From NCBI GenBank assembly GCA_040386535.1, contig JAZKFH010000017.1, forward strand, positions 1 through 64,000: a DNA stretch of 64,000 nucleotides. Direction: 5' to 3'. The notes under the pieces are model-generated. The model ran no database searches, had not been told where the DNA came from, and worked only from the letters and a program-made list of their open reading frames with translations. Source of the stretch: Myxococcota bacterium. Lineage in GTDB: Bacteria; Myxococcota_A; UBA796; SXON01. Every line of letters starts with the position of its first letter. Within the stretch, counting starts at the first letter, position 1. Below are positions 40,362-50,045 of the stretch, in pieces. A program made the translations under genes and the position numbers.

Positions 40362-40997
40362 ATGTGGCAGAACCGGGAAGCGGCGGGACGCGCGCTCGCG
40401 GACGCGTTGCGGGCCTGGAGGGGCACGCAGCCGGTGGTGCTCGCGATCCCCCGCGGCGCGGTGCCGATGGGCGCCGTCGTCGCGGACGCGCTGGGCGGCG
40501 AGCTCGACGTGCTGCTCGTGCACAAGATCGGGCACCCGATGCAGCCCGAGCTCGCCATCGGCGCGGTGGACGAGCGCGGGCACGTCCTCGGGTCCGAGAC
40601 GGCGGCCGCGCTCGGCGTTTCGCGCGCCGCGCTCGAGGCGCTCGGCCGGGGCGAGATCGCGCGGCTCGTCCAGCGCCGGCGCCTCTACGGCGGTGCGCCC
40701 GCCGATGTCCGCGATCGGGTCGTCATCCTCGTGGACGACGGGATCGCCACGGGAGCCACCATGCTCGCCGCGGTGCACGCGGTCCGCGCGGGCGGTGCCA
40801 AGGAGGTGGTCGTCGCCGCGCCCGTCGCCGCACAGGACGCGTCTACGAAGCTGCGGCACGTCGCGGACGCGGTGGTGATCCTCGAGGCGCCCCGCGAGTT
40901 CATGGCCGTCGGGCAGTTCTATCGCGACTTCCGCCAGGTCGAGGACCAGGAGGTGCGCGCGCTGCTCACGGCGCGGCGGACGGTGCCGGTGGCGTAG
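40362..40997 (+). CDS. Phosphoribosyltransferase family protein
   Basis: AIPRGAVP; PRPP-binding VILVDDGIATGATM; AVGQFY. Confidence 0.92.
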   Translation: MWQNREAAGRALADALRAWRGTQPVVLAIPRGAVPMGAVVADALGGELDVLLVHKIGHPMQPELAIGAVDERGHVLGSETAAALGVSRAALEALGRGEIARLVQRRRLYGGAPADVRDRVVILVDDGIATGATMLAAVHAVRAGGAKEVVVAAPVAAQDASTKLRHVADAVVILEAPREFMAVGQFYRDFRQVEDQEVRALLTARRTVPVA

Positions 40998-41074
40998 GGA
41001 GAACGGCCTATGCCGAATTTACGGATCTCTGAAGGGACGAGCTGGCGTGCCGCGCACATGGCGCGGTGGAGCCG

Positions 41075-41716
41075 TCAGCCGGTCGGCGCTCGTGCCAGCT
41101 GCCCCGACGCGGCCAGCTGCCCCGACGCGGCCAGCTGACCCAACGCGTGGGCCACGGCATCCCCGCCGGCCCCGTCCATCCGGGCCAATGCGAGGCTGTG
41201 GATGGTGAACGAGTACAGATCGGCGCGCGCCGCGTCCCCCCCGGGGAGGCCCAGGCGGCGTGTGCGACGCGCGAACGCGGTCTGGAGGACCCGGCGGGGA
41301 GAGGGCACCTTCAGCGGCCCCGCGTCGACTCCGGTAGGCACCCGGGGCTGGTCACGCCACCCTTCTCCGGACGCGAGCCGGTAGAGGAACGGGTTGTTCT
41401 CGGCGTAGGCGACCCAGGCCGTGCCGACCACCTCCGGAGACGTACGCGCCGCCCCGATGGCCTCTGCGAACGCGGCCTTCTCCAGGTCCGCGAGCACCGA
41501 CGCCGCGACCGCGGAGCGAAGCCCCGCCCGGGAACCGAAGTAGTAGACCAACGCGGTCGCGGTCACGCCGAGCTCGCGGGCGAGGCCACGGAGGGTGAGG
41601 GCGTCGGGCCCGAACAGCGCGACGATCTCCCGGCCACGTCGCAGCGCAGCCTGGTGGAGATTGCCGTGGTGGTAACCGGGCTTGAGGCGGCGAGCCGAGG
41701 TCAGGGGGTCCTTCAT
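41075..41716 (-). CDS. TetR/AcrR family regulator
   Basis: YHHGNL...LTLRGLARELGV...YYF HTH; C-terminal GQLAAS tandem repeat. Confidence 0.85.
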   Translation of the reverse strand: MKDPLTSARRLKPGYHHGNLHQAALRRGREIVALFGPDALTLRGLARELGVTATALVYYFGSRAGLRSAVAASVLADLEKAAFAEAIGAARTSPEVVGTAWVAYAENNPFLYRLASGEGWRDQPRVPTGVDAGPLKVPSPRRVLQTAFARRTRRLGLPGGDAARADLYSFTIHSLALARMDGAGGDAVAHALGQLAASGQLAASGQLARAPTG

Positions 41717-41718
41717 AC

Positions 41719-41745
41719 CACCATCTTAGCATCGCTAAGATGGTG
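41719..41745. promoter_or_regulatory. Perfect 12-bp inverted repeat, probable TetR operator overlapping a leaderless promoter
   Basis: CACCATCTTAGC-ATC-GCTAAGATGGTG; minus-strand TGcTAAGAT lies 6 nt before the ATG. Confidence 0.75.
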
Positions 41746-41883
41746 CGACAAGAACGCGGTGTACCTCCGCGCCGTGCCCTTGGGTGCCGCGTCCCTCCGT
41801 GCGCGCCTTCTGCACGGTGCCGTCCACCCAGCACCCCTCCGCGTGGCGCCTGCCGCGCGCGCGGCGCCCACGGCCCCCGACGG

Positions 41884-42561
41884 CTACGAGGCCGTGCCGC
41901 CGATCCCGACCCCGATCCCACGCCGCGCGAACCTCGGGGCGACATCCTCGGCCCACGTGCGTGCGAAGAGCGCGCCGTACGCGGCGTTGTCGAGCAGGCC
42001 GCAGGCGCGCTCCGCGTCGGTGAGCGGGGGCGCGTCGGGGGGCGCGCGGTAGCCGTCGAAGCTCGCGACGAGGGCAGGCAGCCGCGCCTCGGCCCAGCCG
42101 CGCACGCCGGGGTCGAGCGCGAGGAGCGCGTCGAGGGCATCCCACCCGAAGGCGCGGTGGACGGCCTCGTCGGAGAGCACGCGGTCGAGGACAGGGCTCA
42201 CGGCGGGGTGCGTCGCGCCGCGCCGCATCTCGGCGAAGTAGGGCACGGCGAGCGTCTCGCCGAGGCAGAAGTCGCGGAGGACGACGCGCGCGAGGTCGGC
42301 GAGCAGGCCCTCGCCGGCAGGCACGGCGAGGCGCTCGGCGGCGAGGTCGATGGGCGCGTCGGCGCCCCCGAGCGCGACGAGGCAGGTGTGGGCGAGCGCC
42401 GCGTGATCGAGCTCGTCCCGCACGATGCGCGTGGCGGTGTGCAGCAAAGGCACCGGCAGCCCTGCCGTGATTCCCCAGGCGAGCACCTGCGCGGCGACGC
42501 CGGCGCTACCGTACTCGGCGGCAACCCGACGCGCCCACTCGGCGTGGACGCGGGGGGTCAG
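41884..42561 (-). CDS. Ferritin-like (di-iron) domain protein; probable CTG start
   Basis: AEY, DELDH, GETL, DEAVH ExxH pairs. Confidence 0.75.
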   Translation of the reverse strand: MTPRVHAEWARRVAAEYGSAGVAAQVLAWGITAGLPVPLLHTATRIVRDELDHAALAHTCLVALGGADAPIDLAAERLAVPAGEGLLADLARVVLRDFCLGETLAVPYFAEMRRGATHPAVSPVLDRVLSDEAVHRAFGWDALDALLALDPGVRGWAEARLPALVASFDGYRAPPDAPPLTDAERACGLLDNAAYGALFARTWAEDVAPRFARRGIGVGIGGTAS

Positions 42562-43094
42562 AGCGCGCCGTCCTTCGGGGCTCCGCCCTGGGCGCCGTCC
42601 TTCGGGGCGCCGTCGGCGGGGGCCGGGCCGCCACCCTTCTGACCGGGCCGAGGCCCGGAGTTGGCTCCGCCCGGGAGGATGTCGGCGGGGAGCGCCGCGT
42701 AGGCGGCGAGTAGGGTCTCCGGCTGGCCGGCCGGGCACTGCACCTCCGTGCCACGCTCGACGTCCGCGGGGGTCTCCACCACGCGGCCTTGGGCCTGGCT
42801 GATGTCCGGCGGGAACGGGATCATGCCGCCCATCCACACCTTGAAGCAGGCCTGCGGCGCCTTCGAGACGAAGAGCACCGGCGAAGGCGGGTTGGTGGCG
42901 CCGTCGGGGTGCCCGGAGATCACGCTCTCCCAGGTGGGGAGCGCTGCGGGCGGGTTGTTGGTGGGAACGGGCCCACCCGGCGGCCCTGGCGGCACCTCGG
43001 TGGGCTCCACGGGGATCTCCGCGGGCGGAGTGGTCTTCTCGCAGGCGCTCATCACGAGGGCGACGCCGAGGACTCGAACGAAGGGGCTGGACAT
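42558..43094 (-). CDS. Pro-rich lipoprotein
   Basis: VMSAC lipobox; HPDGATNPP motif. Confidence 0.7.
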   Translation of the reverse strand: MSSPFVRVLGVALVMSACEKTTPPAEIPVEPTEVPPGPPGGPVPTNNPPAALPTWESVISGHPDGATNPPSPVLFVSKAPQACFKVWMGGMIPFPPDISQAQGRVVETPADVERGTEVQCPAGQPETLLAAYAALPADILPGGANSGPRPGQKGGGPAPADGAPKDGAQGGAPKDGAL

Positions 43095-43154
43095 TCCGGC
43101 GACGTACCACGACGGGAGCGACGGGGTGTAGAGTTCACGTCCCCAGGGCACGCC

Positions 43155-43814
43155 GTGACCGGACAGGATTCCACCCCGCTCGCTGGGCTCCTCGCCCGCG
43201 TCTTCGAAACGCCGCGGCTCGAGCTCCTCGGGCAGGAGCCGCTTCAAGAGTCCCTGTTCGCCGCCCTCCTCCAGGAGAGCCCCGGGCACGCGGACCTCGT
43301 CGCCGAGCTCTACGAAGCCCGGACCGGACGGCGCCTTGCGCTCGGACCCGTCGGCGCGCCCCTCGACACGCGCCACCCGGCGATGTCCGCGGAGTTGATG
43401 GCCGGGCTGGACCACTGTGCCGGACACTGCTTCGCGACCGGCTGGGGCGACCTGTGCACCACGACGGTGTTCCAGGTGTACCGATCGGAGCATCCGTGGA
43501 TCGTGGCGGCCCTGCCCGCGGGGGCGCTCAGGGAGGTCGAGCCGGACTACACCGGCCAGAGCCTCCCGCTGGGGCAGGCCGGTCTCCTCCCGTCGGCGTG
43601 CGTCGGGAGCAGCCTCGCGGGCCTGTGCGCCCACGCGCCACCCGGCACGCGCGTCACGTTCCACGACCTCTTCTTCGACCTCGCCCGCTTCGGCACGGGC
43701 CGCTCGGTGCAGCGCCTGCGGGACCACGGTGTCGGCCAATCCGAGCTACGTCGCCTCACGACGAACCTCGGCTTCGGCCGCCTCACCCGCCACGGGCCGC
43801 TCGCGACGGAGTGA
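43155..43814 (+). CDS. Hypothetical protein
   Basis: Coding-like frame from a GTG; 3' end overlaps the convergent gene. Confidence 0.5.
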   Translation: MTGQDSTPLAGLLARVFETPRLELLGQEPLQESLFAALLQESPGHADLVAELYEARTGRRLALGPVGAPLDTRHPAMSAELMAGLDHCAGHCFATGWGDLCTTTVFQVYRSEHPWIVAALPAGALREVEPDYTGQSLPLGQAGLLPSACVGSSLAGLCAHAPPGTRVTFHDLFFDLARFGTGRSVQRLRDHGVGQSELRRLTTNLGFGRLTRHGPLATE

Positions 43815-46079
43815 AGGCCGCCAGCGCGCCCACCCCTCGGGCACGCGCACCTCGGGCGCCTCCAGGAACCAGGCCCCCCGCTGCGCCGCCACCCCGCCCA
43901 CCACGAGCGCGGCGAACCACACCGCGATGGAGTCCTCCAACAGCTCGAGGAGGCGGTAACGAGGCGGGTCGGCGGTGTGGAGGAGGAAGCCCGCGAGGAA
44001 GGCGGCACTGCCGGCCAAACGCGCCAGCAACGCGACCGAACTCGCGCGGGTCAGCGGCGGATCCCCTCCGAAGCGGCGCACCGCCTGCGCCACGAGTACG
44101 GCTGGCAGCGCGATCTTCACGAGCATGGCGGCGGCGATGACGGGCCAGTAGCGGAGGTGCTGGTCCTCGGGGAGCCACGCGATCGCGAAGTTGAAGTCCA
44201 TGCCGTTCGCGCGGAGCCCGGTGGACAACGCGAAGCCGAGGTAGGCGAGCGTGATCGCCGCGAGCCCGGGCAGCCAGGACCGCGCCGCGGGCACGCCGTC
44301 CGCGAGCCTCGCGCAGGCGATGGCGAACAGCACGCACGAGGCGACGCCGATGGCGTTCGAGTAGCCGTACCAGGGCACGACCACCCACCCGGCGACCACC
44401 GGGAGCACCCACGGCGCCCGCACCGCGGCGACGACCACGGCGATCGTGAGCGCGGCGAGCGGGAGGCCGCCGTCCACGAGATCGGCCCCCGCGCCGATCC
44501 CGGCGATGACCCCGCTCACGACGCGGGTGCGCCAGCCCCCCCGCGCGAAGGCGCCCGCGAGCACCGCCCAGACGACCGGGTTCGTGCCGTTGTGGAGCCA
44601 CTCGAGGTGCGGGAACTGGCGGATGCGGAAGGTGCCGACGTCCACGTCGGCGATGGGGAGCCACCCTATGATCAGCAGCCCTACGAGCGGCGCGAGGTCG
44701 CGCCAGCCGCCGCCCCGCAGGCGCGGCACCACGGTGACCGCGAGCACCACGAGGAGCAGGAAGTGTGGCAGGTTCTCGAAGAGCCCGTAGTCGTACACGG
44801 TCCCCGGCACGACGATCGCGGCCATCCCCACCGCCGCGACGAGGCCGCCCGCCGGCCGCCGGAACAGCAGCCCCAGGGCCCCCAACGCGAGCACGGCGCC
44901 CGCGATGCGCCACTTCACGTACCGGAAGTCGGGGTTGTAGTGGATGCGCGGGATGGCCTCGAGGTAGGCGACACCGGCCACCGCGGCGGCCACGAGCCCG
45001 ACGGCGAGCCACGGCCGGACGCTCCGCGGAGCGAAGACGAGCGCCACGATCCCCGCGAGGACCGCGACGACGATGACCTCGACGGGCAGCACACCCTCGG
45101 GCCGCACGCCGGTGTACGCGCGCCCCTCCGCGGCCGTGCGCAAGGCGGTCCCCGCGGGGAGCCGCGCGAACAGATCCGCGCCTTCGTACTGAAGGGGCGG
45201 CAGGATGCCGAGCTCCGCGCCGAGCAGGTAGCGGTAGGTGGTGATGGGGATCCGCCCCTCCACCGCGCCCGGCCCGAAGGTGCGGCCCGAGGCGTAGTAG
45301 CGCGTCGGGATGTCGAGCCCATAGATGTGCCGGCCGTTGTTGGTGTGGCCGTGGTCCCCGAGCACGACCACCTCGTACTCGGGCGGCAGCGCCGCGATCA
45401 TGCGCGTGGCGTCCGTGTCGAGCAGCTCCAGCGCCTCCTGGTAGCCCTTCGATCCGACCCGGTGATGGTGCGCCGCCTCGTCGAGGTGTGGGTAATGGAA
45501 CACGATGAGGTCGTGCCCCGCGGCCACGAAGCGGTCGAAGGCCTCCTGCTCCTCCTTGGGCTCGGAGGTGCGGCCCCAGCTCTTCTGGTCGCTGAACCAG
45601 CGGGCGAACGCCTTGTACTGACCGCCGTGGTACACGGCCACCGTCCGGCCGCTCTGCGCCACATCCGAGAACAGGCTCGTGGACGCGACCTCGCCCGCAT
45701 CGACGAGGTTCTGGTAGGCGCCGAGCAGCCCGGCGGTCGCGGTGCCGGTGAACGCCTCGTTCACGCACGGGACGGTGAGGGCCTCCATGCAGGGCTGCAC
45801 GTCCGCGGAGAACCCGCCCGCGCGCATCGGCTCGAGGAAGGCCAGCCGCGGGTCCTCGGCGTCCTCGGGGCGCATCCCGTCGACGAGGAGGACGAACAAC
45901 TTCCCGTCGTGAAGCGGAGCCACGACGAGGCCGGGCTCGCCGCGGTCGTCGCTCAATGCGAGGAAGCGGTGGACCGACGCGAGCAGGAGCACCAGCAACA
46001 CGCCGCCGAGGGCCAGCAGCCAGGCGGCGCGCCAGCGGGGCGGTTCTGGAGGAGGGTTCGTCAGCACGCGGACGCTCAT
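43746..46079 (-). CDS. Alkaline phosphatase-superfamily polytopic membrane protein (GPI ethanolamine-phosphate transferase-like architecture)
   Basis: One N-terminal TM; LVDGMR, LTVP, HYPHLDEAAH and GDHG; more than 10 C-terminal TMs. Confidence 0.8.
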   Translation of the reverse strand: MSVRVLTNPPPEPPRWRAAWLLALGGVLLVLLLASVHRFLALSDDRGEPGLVVAPLHDGKLFVLLVDGMRPEDAEDPRLAFLEPMRAGGFSADVQPCMEALTVPCVNEAFTGTATAGLLGAYQNLVDAGEVASTSLFSDVAQSGRTVAVYHGGQYKAFARWFSDQKSWGRTSEPKEEQEAFDRFVAAGHDLIVFHYPHLDEAAHHHRVGSKGYQEALELLDTDATRMIAALPPEYEVVVLGDHGHTNNGRHIYGLDIPTRYYASGRTFGPGAVEGRIPITTYRYLLGAELGILPPLQYEGADLFARLPAGTALRTAAEGRAYTGVRPEGVLPVEVIVVAVLAGIVALVFAPRSVRPWLAVGLVAAAVAGVAYLEAIPRIHYNPDFRYVKWRIAGAVLALGALGLLFRRPAGGLVAAVGMAAIVVPGTVYDYGLFENLPHFLLLVVLAVTVVPRLRGGGWRDLAPLVGLLIIGWLPIADVDVGTFRIRQFPHLEWLHNGTNPVVWAVLAGAFARGGWRTRVVSGVIAGIGAGADLVDGGLPLAALTIAVVVAAVRAPWVLPVVAGWVVVPWYGYSNAIGVASCVLFAIACARLADGVPAARSWLPGLAAITLAYLGFALSTGLRANGMDFNFAIAWLPEDQHLRYWPVIAAAMLVKIALPAVLVAQAVRRFGGDPPLTRASSVALLARLAGSAAFLAGFLLHTADPPRYRLLELLEDSIAVWFAALVVGGVAAQRGAWFLEAPEVRVPEGWARWRPSLRRERPVAGEAAEAEVRREAT

Positions 46080-46240
46080 AGACCCGTAGGTGCCGAAGCC
46101 GCTACCTTCTGGTGACGGTCGGCCCCCGTGGGTGCGCGAGCCGCGTGCGCGAGCCGCGCGCGCGCACCCCGGAGATGAGCGCGCAATCGGACAACGCCGC
46201 TTGCCCCGTCCCCAGTCGCCCTACGCGCACCCCAAACCAT

Positions 46241-46256
46241 TGGCACGCTTCCTGCA
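46241..46256 (+). promoter_or_regulatory. Sigma54-type -24/-12 promoter
   Basis: TGGCACGCTTCCTGCA (GG-N10-GC) 28 nt upstream of the GTG at 46285. Confidence 0.6.
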
Positions 46257-46284
46257 CTGCCCCGGTACGTACCCAGGATGTACC

Positions 46285-46620
46285 GTGAAGCGTCTCTTCC
46301 TCTCGTTCGTCGCCCTCCTCGTCTCCTCTCCCGCTTGGGCCCAACTCGACCCCGGTGAGTTCGTCGCCTGGCAGGGCGGGCACGAGGTCGGCCACGTGTT
46401 CGTCCCCGCGGGCGACACATGCCGCTACACCGAGATCTGGTTCTTCACCGCGGGGTACAGCTACCCCACGGTCGCCAACCGCCTCACGCTGACGATCACG
46501 CCCTCGCGGGAGCTCGGCTTCGACTCCTCCGAGCGCTTCGTGGCCGCCATGCTCGATGCCCATCCCGACGGCACCTGGATCCAAGCCGACTCCGTCGAGA
46601 CGCGCCGCGGCTGCCCCTGA
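46285..46620 (+). CDS. Small secreted protein (111 aa), paralog 1
   Basis: Signal peptide ending AWA-Q; GHVFVP..TCRYTEIW...YSYP. Confidence 0.8.
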   Translation: MKRLFLSFVALLVSSPAWAQLDPGEFVAWQGGHEVGHVFVPAGDTCRYTEIWFFTAGYSYPTVANRLTLTITPSRELGFDSSERFVAAMLDAHPDGTWIQADSVETRRGCP

Positions 46621-46673
46621 TCGATTGGCTGTCGACGCACCCACCCCGATTTTTCCTGTCTATTGGAGATTCC

Positions 46674-47009
46674 ATGCTCGCCTTGTCCCTGCTCTTCGCC
46701 CCCCACGCCGCCGCCCAATTTCCCGTCGACACCCACTACGGGCTCTACACCACCGTCGACCGCGCCATCTTCGAGACCGGCGCGATCTTCGTCCCGCCCG
46801 GCCAGGGCACGTGCACCTACACCGAGACCTGGTACCTGTACGAGGGCTACGTGTACCCGAGCCGCGAGAGCGGCGTGGCGCTCACCGTGGCGCCGGTCAC
46901 CGCGCGCTTCGAGACCGTCGACCAATTCGTCCGGGAGATGCGCGCGGCGCATCCGGGCGGAACCATCGTGACGGTCGAGAACGCGGAGCATCGGGCGGGC
47001 TGCCGGTGA
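46674..47009 (+). CDS. Small secreted protein (111 aa), paralog 2
   Basis: RBS GGAG; signal ending AAA-Q; GAIFVP..TCTYTETW...YVYP. Confidence 0.8.
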   Translation: MLALSLLFAPHAAAQFPVDTHYGLYTTVDRAIFETGAIFVPPGQGTCTYTETWYLYEGYVYPSRESGVALTVAPVTARFETVDQFVREMRAAHPGGTIVTVENAEHRAGCR

Positions 47010-47106
47010 CCTCGGGCGCGGAGACGGACGCCGACGGCTTCCGCGCGTGTTTCGCACGGGTATGCAGGGGCGGGTCCGCGGTGCCTACGTTCCGAGCGGG
47101 GGCGAT

Positions 47107-49420
47107 GTGTCTGCGAGAGCCGTGGGTCGACCGAATCGCTGGGCCCCCACGGCCCGCGTGGTCGCGGTCGGCCTCGCTTACTGGTGTGCGGGGGAGCTCG
47201 CCGGGCTCCTCGCGGTCCCCCCGGGGTACGCCGCGCCGATCTGGCCCGCCGCCGGCATCGCGGTCGTAGGCGTCATCCTGTTCGGCGCGCGGGCGGCGGC
47301 GGGGGTTTTTCTCGCCTCGCTCGCCATCAACCTGCACATCGCGCTCCGTGCCGGGGATCGCACCTTCGCGGACGGCCTCCTCGTGGCAACCGCGCTGGCC
47401 GCGGGCGCGGCCGCCCAGGGGCTCGTGGCGGCGTGGCCCACCCGGCGGGTCCTGGGCCCCGGCAACCCTGTCGAACAGGGCGCGAGCGTGCCGTTGTTCC
47501 TCCTGGTCGCCGGCCCTGTCGCGTGCCTCGTGAGCGCGTCGTGGGCGCTCCCATGGCAAGCTCGTGTGCGGCCACGTCCGCCCACGCGACGCGTTCCCGA
47601 ACGTGTTCACGTGGTGGGTCGGCGACAGCATCGGGGTCATGCTCGTCGCCCCTCTCGCCCTGGCCTGGATCGCGCGGTCCCCCCGGCCCCGTCCGCGCGA
47701 GTGGGCGGCCCTGCTGGCGCCCATCTGTATCTGCCTCGCGACGGTAGCCACGCTGTTCTTCGAGGCCCCCAGGCGCTCCGACCTGGAGCTGGCGGCCCGC
47801 TTCCAGGAAGAGGCGATCGTGGTCGCGAGCAACCTGGGCCGTGAGTTGGACCACGCCGCCGCCCATGTGGAGTCCGCCGCCCGGGTGTTCGGCGCGCTGC
47901 CCGCGATCGACCGGCGCGCCTACGGCCTGATGGCGCGCCCGTGGGTCCTCGGGCACCGCGGCGTGACCGCCGTGGAGTGGGCCCCTTTCGTGCCGCTGGA
48001 TCGGCGGGCGGCGTTCGAGGCCGCGTCACGCGACGCCACGTTTCCCGATTACCGCATCCTTCCCCTCGGGCCGGACACCCCCGTCCCCATCTCCCAACCG
48101 CCGTTCCACGCGCCCATCCTCTTCGTCGAGCCGCTCGAACAGGAGCGGCTGGTGGTCGGCTACGACCTCGCGTCGAGTCCCGAGCGGCTCCGAGCGCTCG
48201 AGGCCGCCCGCGACACCGGCGCCGTCGTCTCCACGGGCGGCATCCGGCTCGTCCTCTTCCCGGACGAGTGGGGGCTGCTGTTGACGGCCGCGGCCTACGG
48301 CGGGGTCGAGCCGCCGGACACGCTCGCGGAGCGCCGGGCGACGCTGCGCGGGTTCTCCGCGGCGGTGGTCCGCGTCGACAAGCTCGTGGCCGAGGCGCTC
48401 GAGCGATCGGGGCGCAACGATCTCGTCATCCGGGTGAGCGAGAGCGCCGATGCGGGTACGCGGCTCCTCTCGGGGCCGCCGCCGGGCACGGAGCCGCCTG
48501 AGGCGCCCACGCGGACCTCGGTCCACACGGTCGGGGGGCATCGGTTGCGTGTCGACGTCCTGAATGTCGGGGGCGCGCCGCATCCATGGGTCGGGTGGAG
48601 CGTGCTCGCCGCGGGTCTGGCGGGCACCGGGCTGTTCATGTCGTTCGTCCTCGACAGCCGGGGGCGCTCCTTGCGCGTCGAGCGCCAGGTCGAGGCCCGC
48701 ACCGCCGAGCTCGCCCGGTCCAACGAGGCGCTCACCCGGTCGAGCCTCGAGCTCCAACGCTTCGCATACGTGGCATCGCACGATCTGCGCGAGCCGCTCC
48801 GCACCATCACCGCCTTCGGCGAGCTGCTCGAACGTGACACGGAGCGCCTCGATCCGGACGTGCGCGCCCACCTCTGCCGCATCACCCGCGCCACCCGCCG
48901 CATGCAGGCGCTCGTGAGCGAGCTGCTCGCCTTCACGCGCGCCGACCGCGGCGTGGAGGCCTTCACGCCGGTGCCCCTCGACGAGCCGGTACACGCCGCG
49001 CTCGACGACCTCACCGTCGTCATCGAGCAGTGCGCGGCGCGGGTGCGGATCGGGCCGCTCCCCACCGTGCTCGGCGACCGCGTGCAGTTGGTGCAGCTCT
49101 TCGCCAACCTGCTCTCCAACGCGCTGAAGTTCCGGAGCCCCGGCGTTCCCGTGGAGATCGTCGTCGAAGGGCGCGCCGTCGGCGAGCGGTGCGAGATCGA
49201 AGTCCGTGACAACGGCATCGGCATCGACGCGCGGGACCACGAGCGCGTCTTCGAGCTCTTCCAGCGGCTCCATCCGGAGGGGCGCTACCCCGGTCCGGGC
49301 GTGGGCCTCGCGATGTGCCGTCGCATCGTCGAGCGGCACGGGGGGCGCATCTGGGTCGACTCTGCCCTCGGGCGGGGCAGCGTGTTCCATGTCTGCCTTC
49401 CCCACGCGGTCAGCGCGTGA
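47107..49420 (+). pseudogene. MASE1-CHASE-HisKA-HATPase sensor kinase, frameshifted in MASE1
   Basis: MASE1 IWPAAG in one frame; TWWVGD, CHASE, H-box ASHDLREPL and N/G boxes in the +1 frame; shift ~47540-47565. Confidence 0.8.
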
Positions 49421-49836
49421 AGGGGCCGCGCGGCGCCCGCGTCCTGGTCGTGGACGACAACGTCGACGACATCGAGCTGCTCCGCCTCTCGTTCGCACGC
49501 GTGGGCCCCTCCTGCAGCGTGGTCGGCACCACCTCCACGAAGGAGGCGCTCGGCCTCCTGGCCACGCGGGACGGCCGCCCCGACGTGGTCCTGCTCGATT
49601 GGAAGATGCCGTCGATGGACTCCCCCGAGTTCATCCGCGCCCTCCGCGCCGATCCGCGCACGATCGGCCTCGCCGTGCTCGTCTTCTCCTCCTCCGACGA
49701 CCCCGGCGACATCCGCGCCGCCTACGCCGCCGGCGCCACCGCGTACCTGCTCAAGCCGCCCGGCCTCGTGGAGTACGAGTCCCTCGCGCGCGACATCTCC
49801 ACGTTCTGGTGCCGGCCGGTGCGGTATCTGGGGTGA
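49417..49836 (+). CDS. Single-domain response regulator
   Basis: VLVVDD, LLDWKMP, YLLKP; GTGA overlap with the kinase. Confidence 0.92.
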   Translation: MKGPRGARVLVVDDNVDDIELLRLSFARVGPSCSVVGTTSTKEALGLLATRDGRPDVVLLDWKMPSMDSPEFIRALRADPRTIGLAVLVFSSSDDPGDIRAAYAAGATAYLLKPPGLVEYESLARDISTFWCRPVRYLG

Positions 49837-50045
49837 TGGGCGCGTCCCGGCGCGGACGCCGGGCCGGGCGCCTGCGGGCTCGCGGCGAGGCCGCTCGGTC
49901 GTCGGCGGGCGGACCCGCCGCCGGACCGCGCCGCGGCGGCGCGCCCTCCGGTGCCCTCGCGCGGGCCCCCGTGGGACCGTGAACCGCTTGTGCTCTGGGC
50001 GGCACGGCTGTAGAGCGTCGGCGCGGCGGGCCCGCGGAGTACGAC

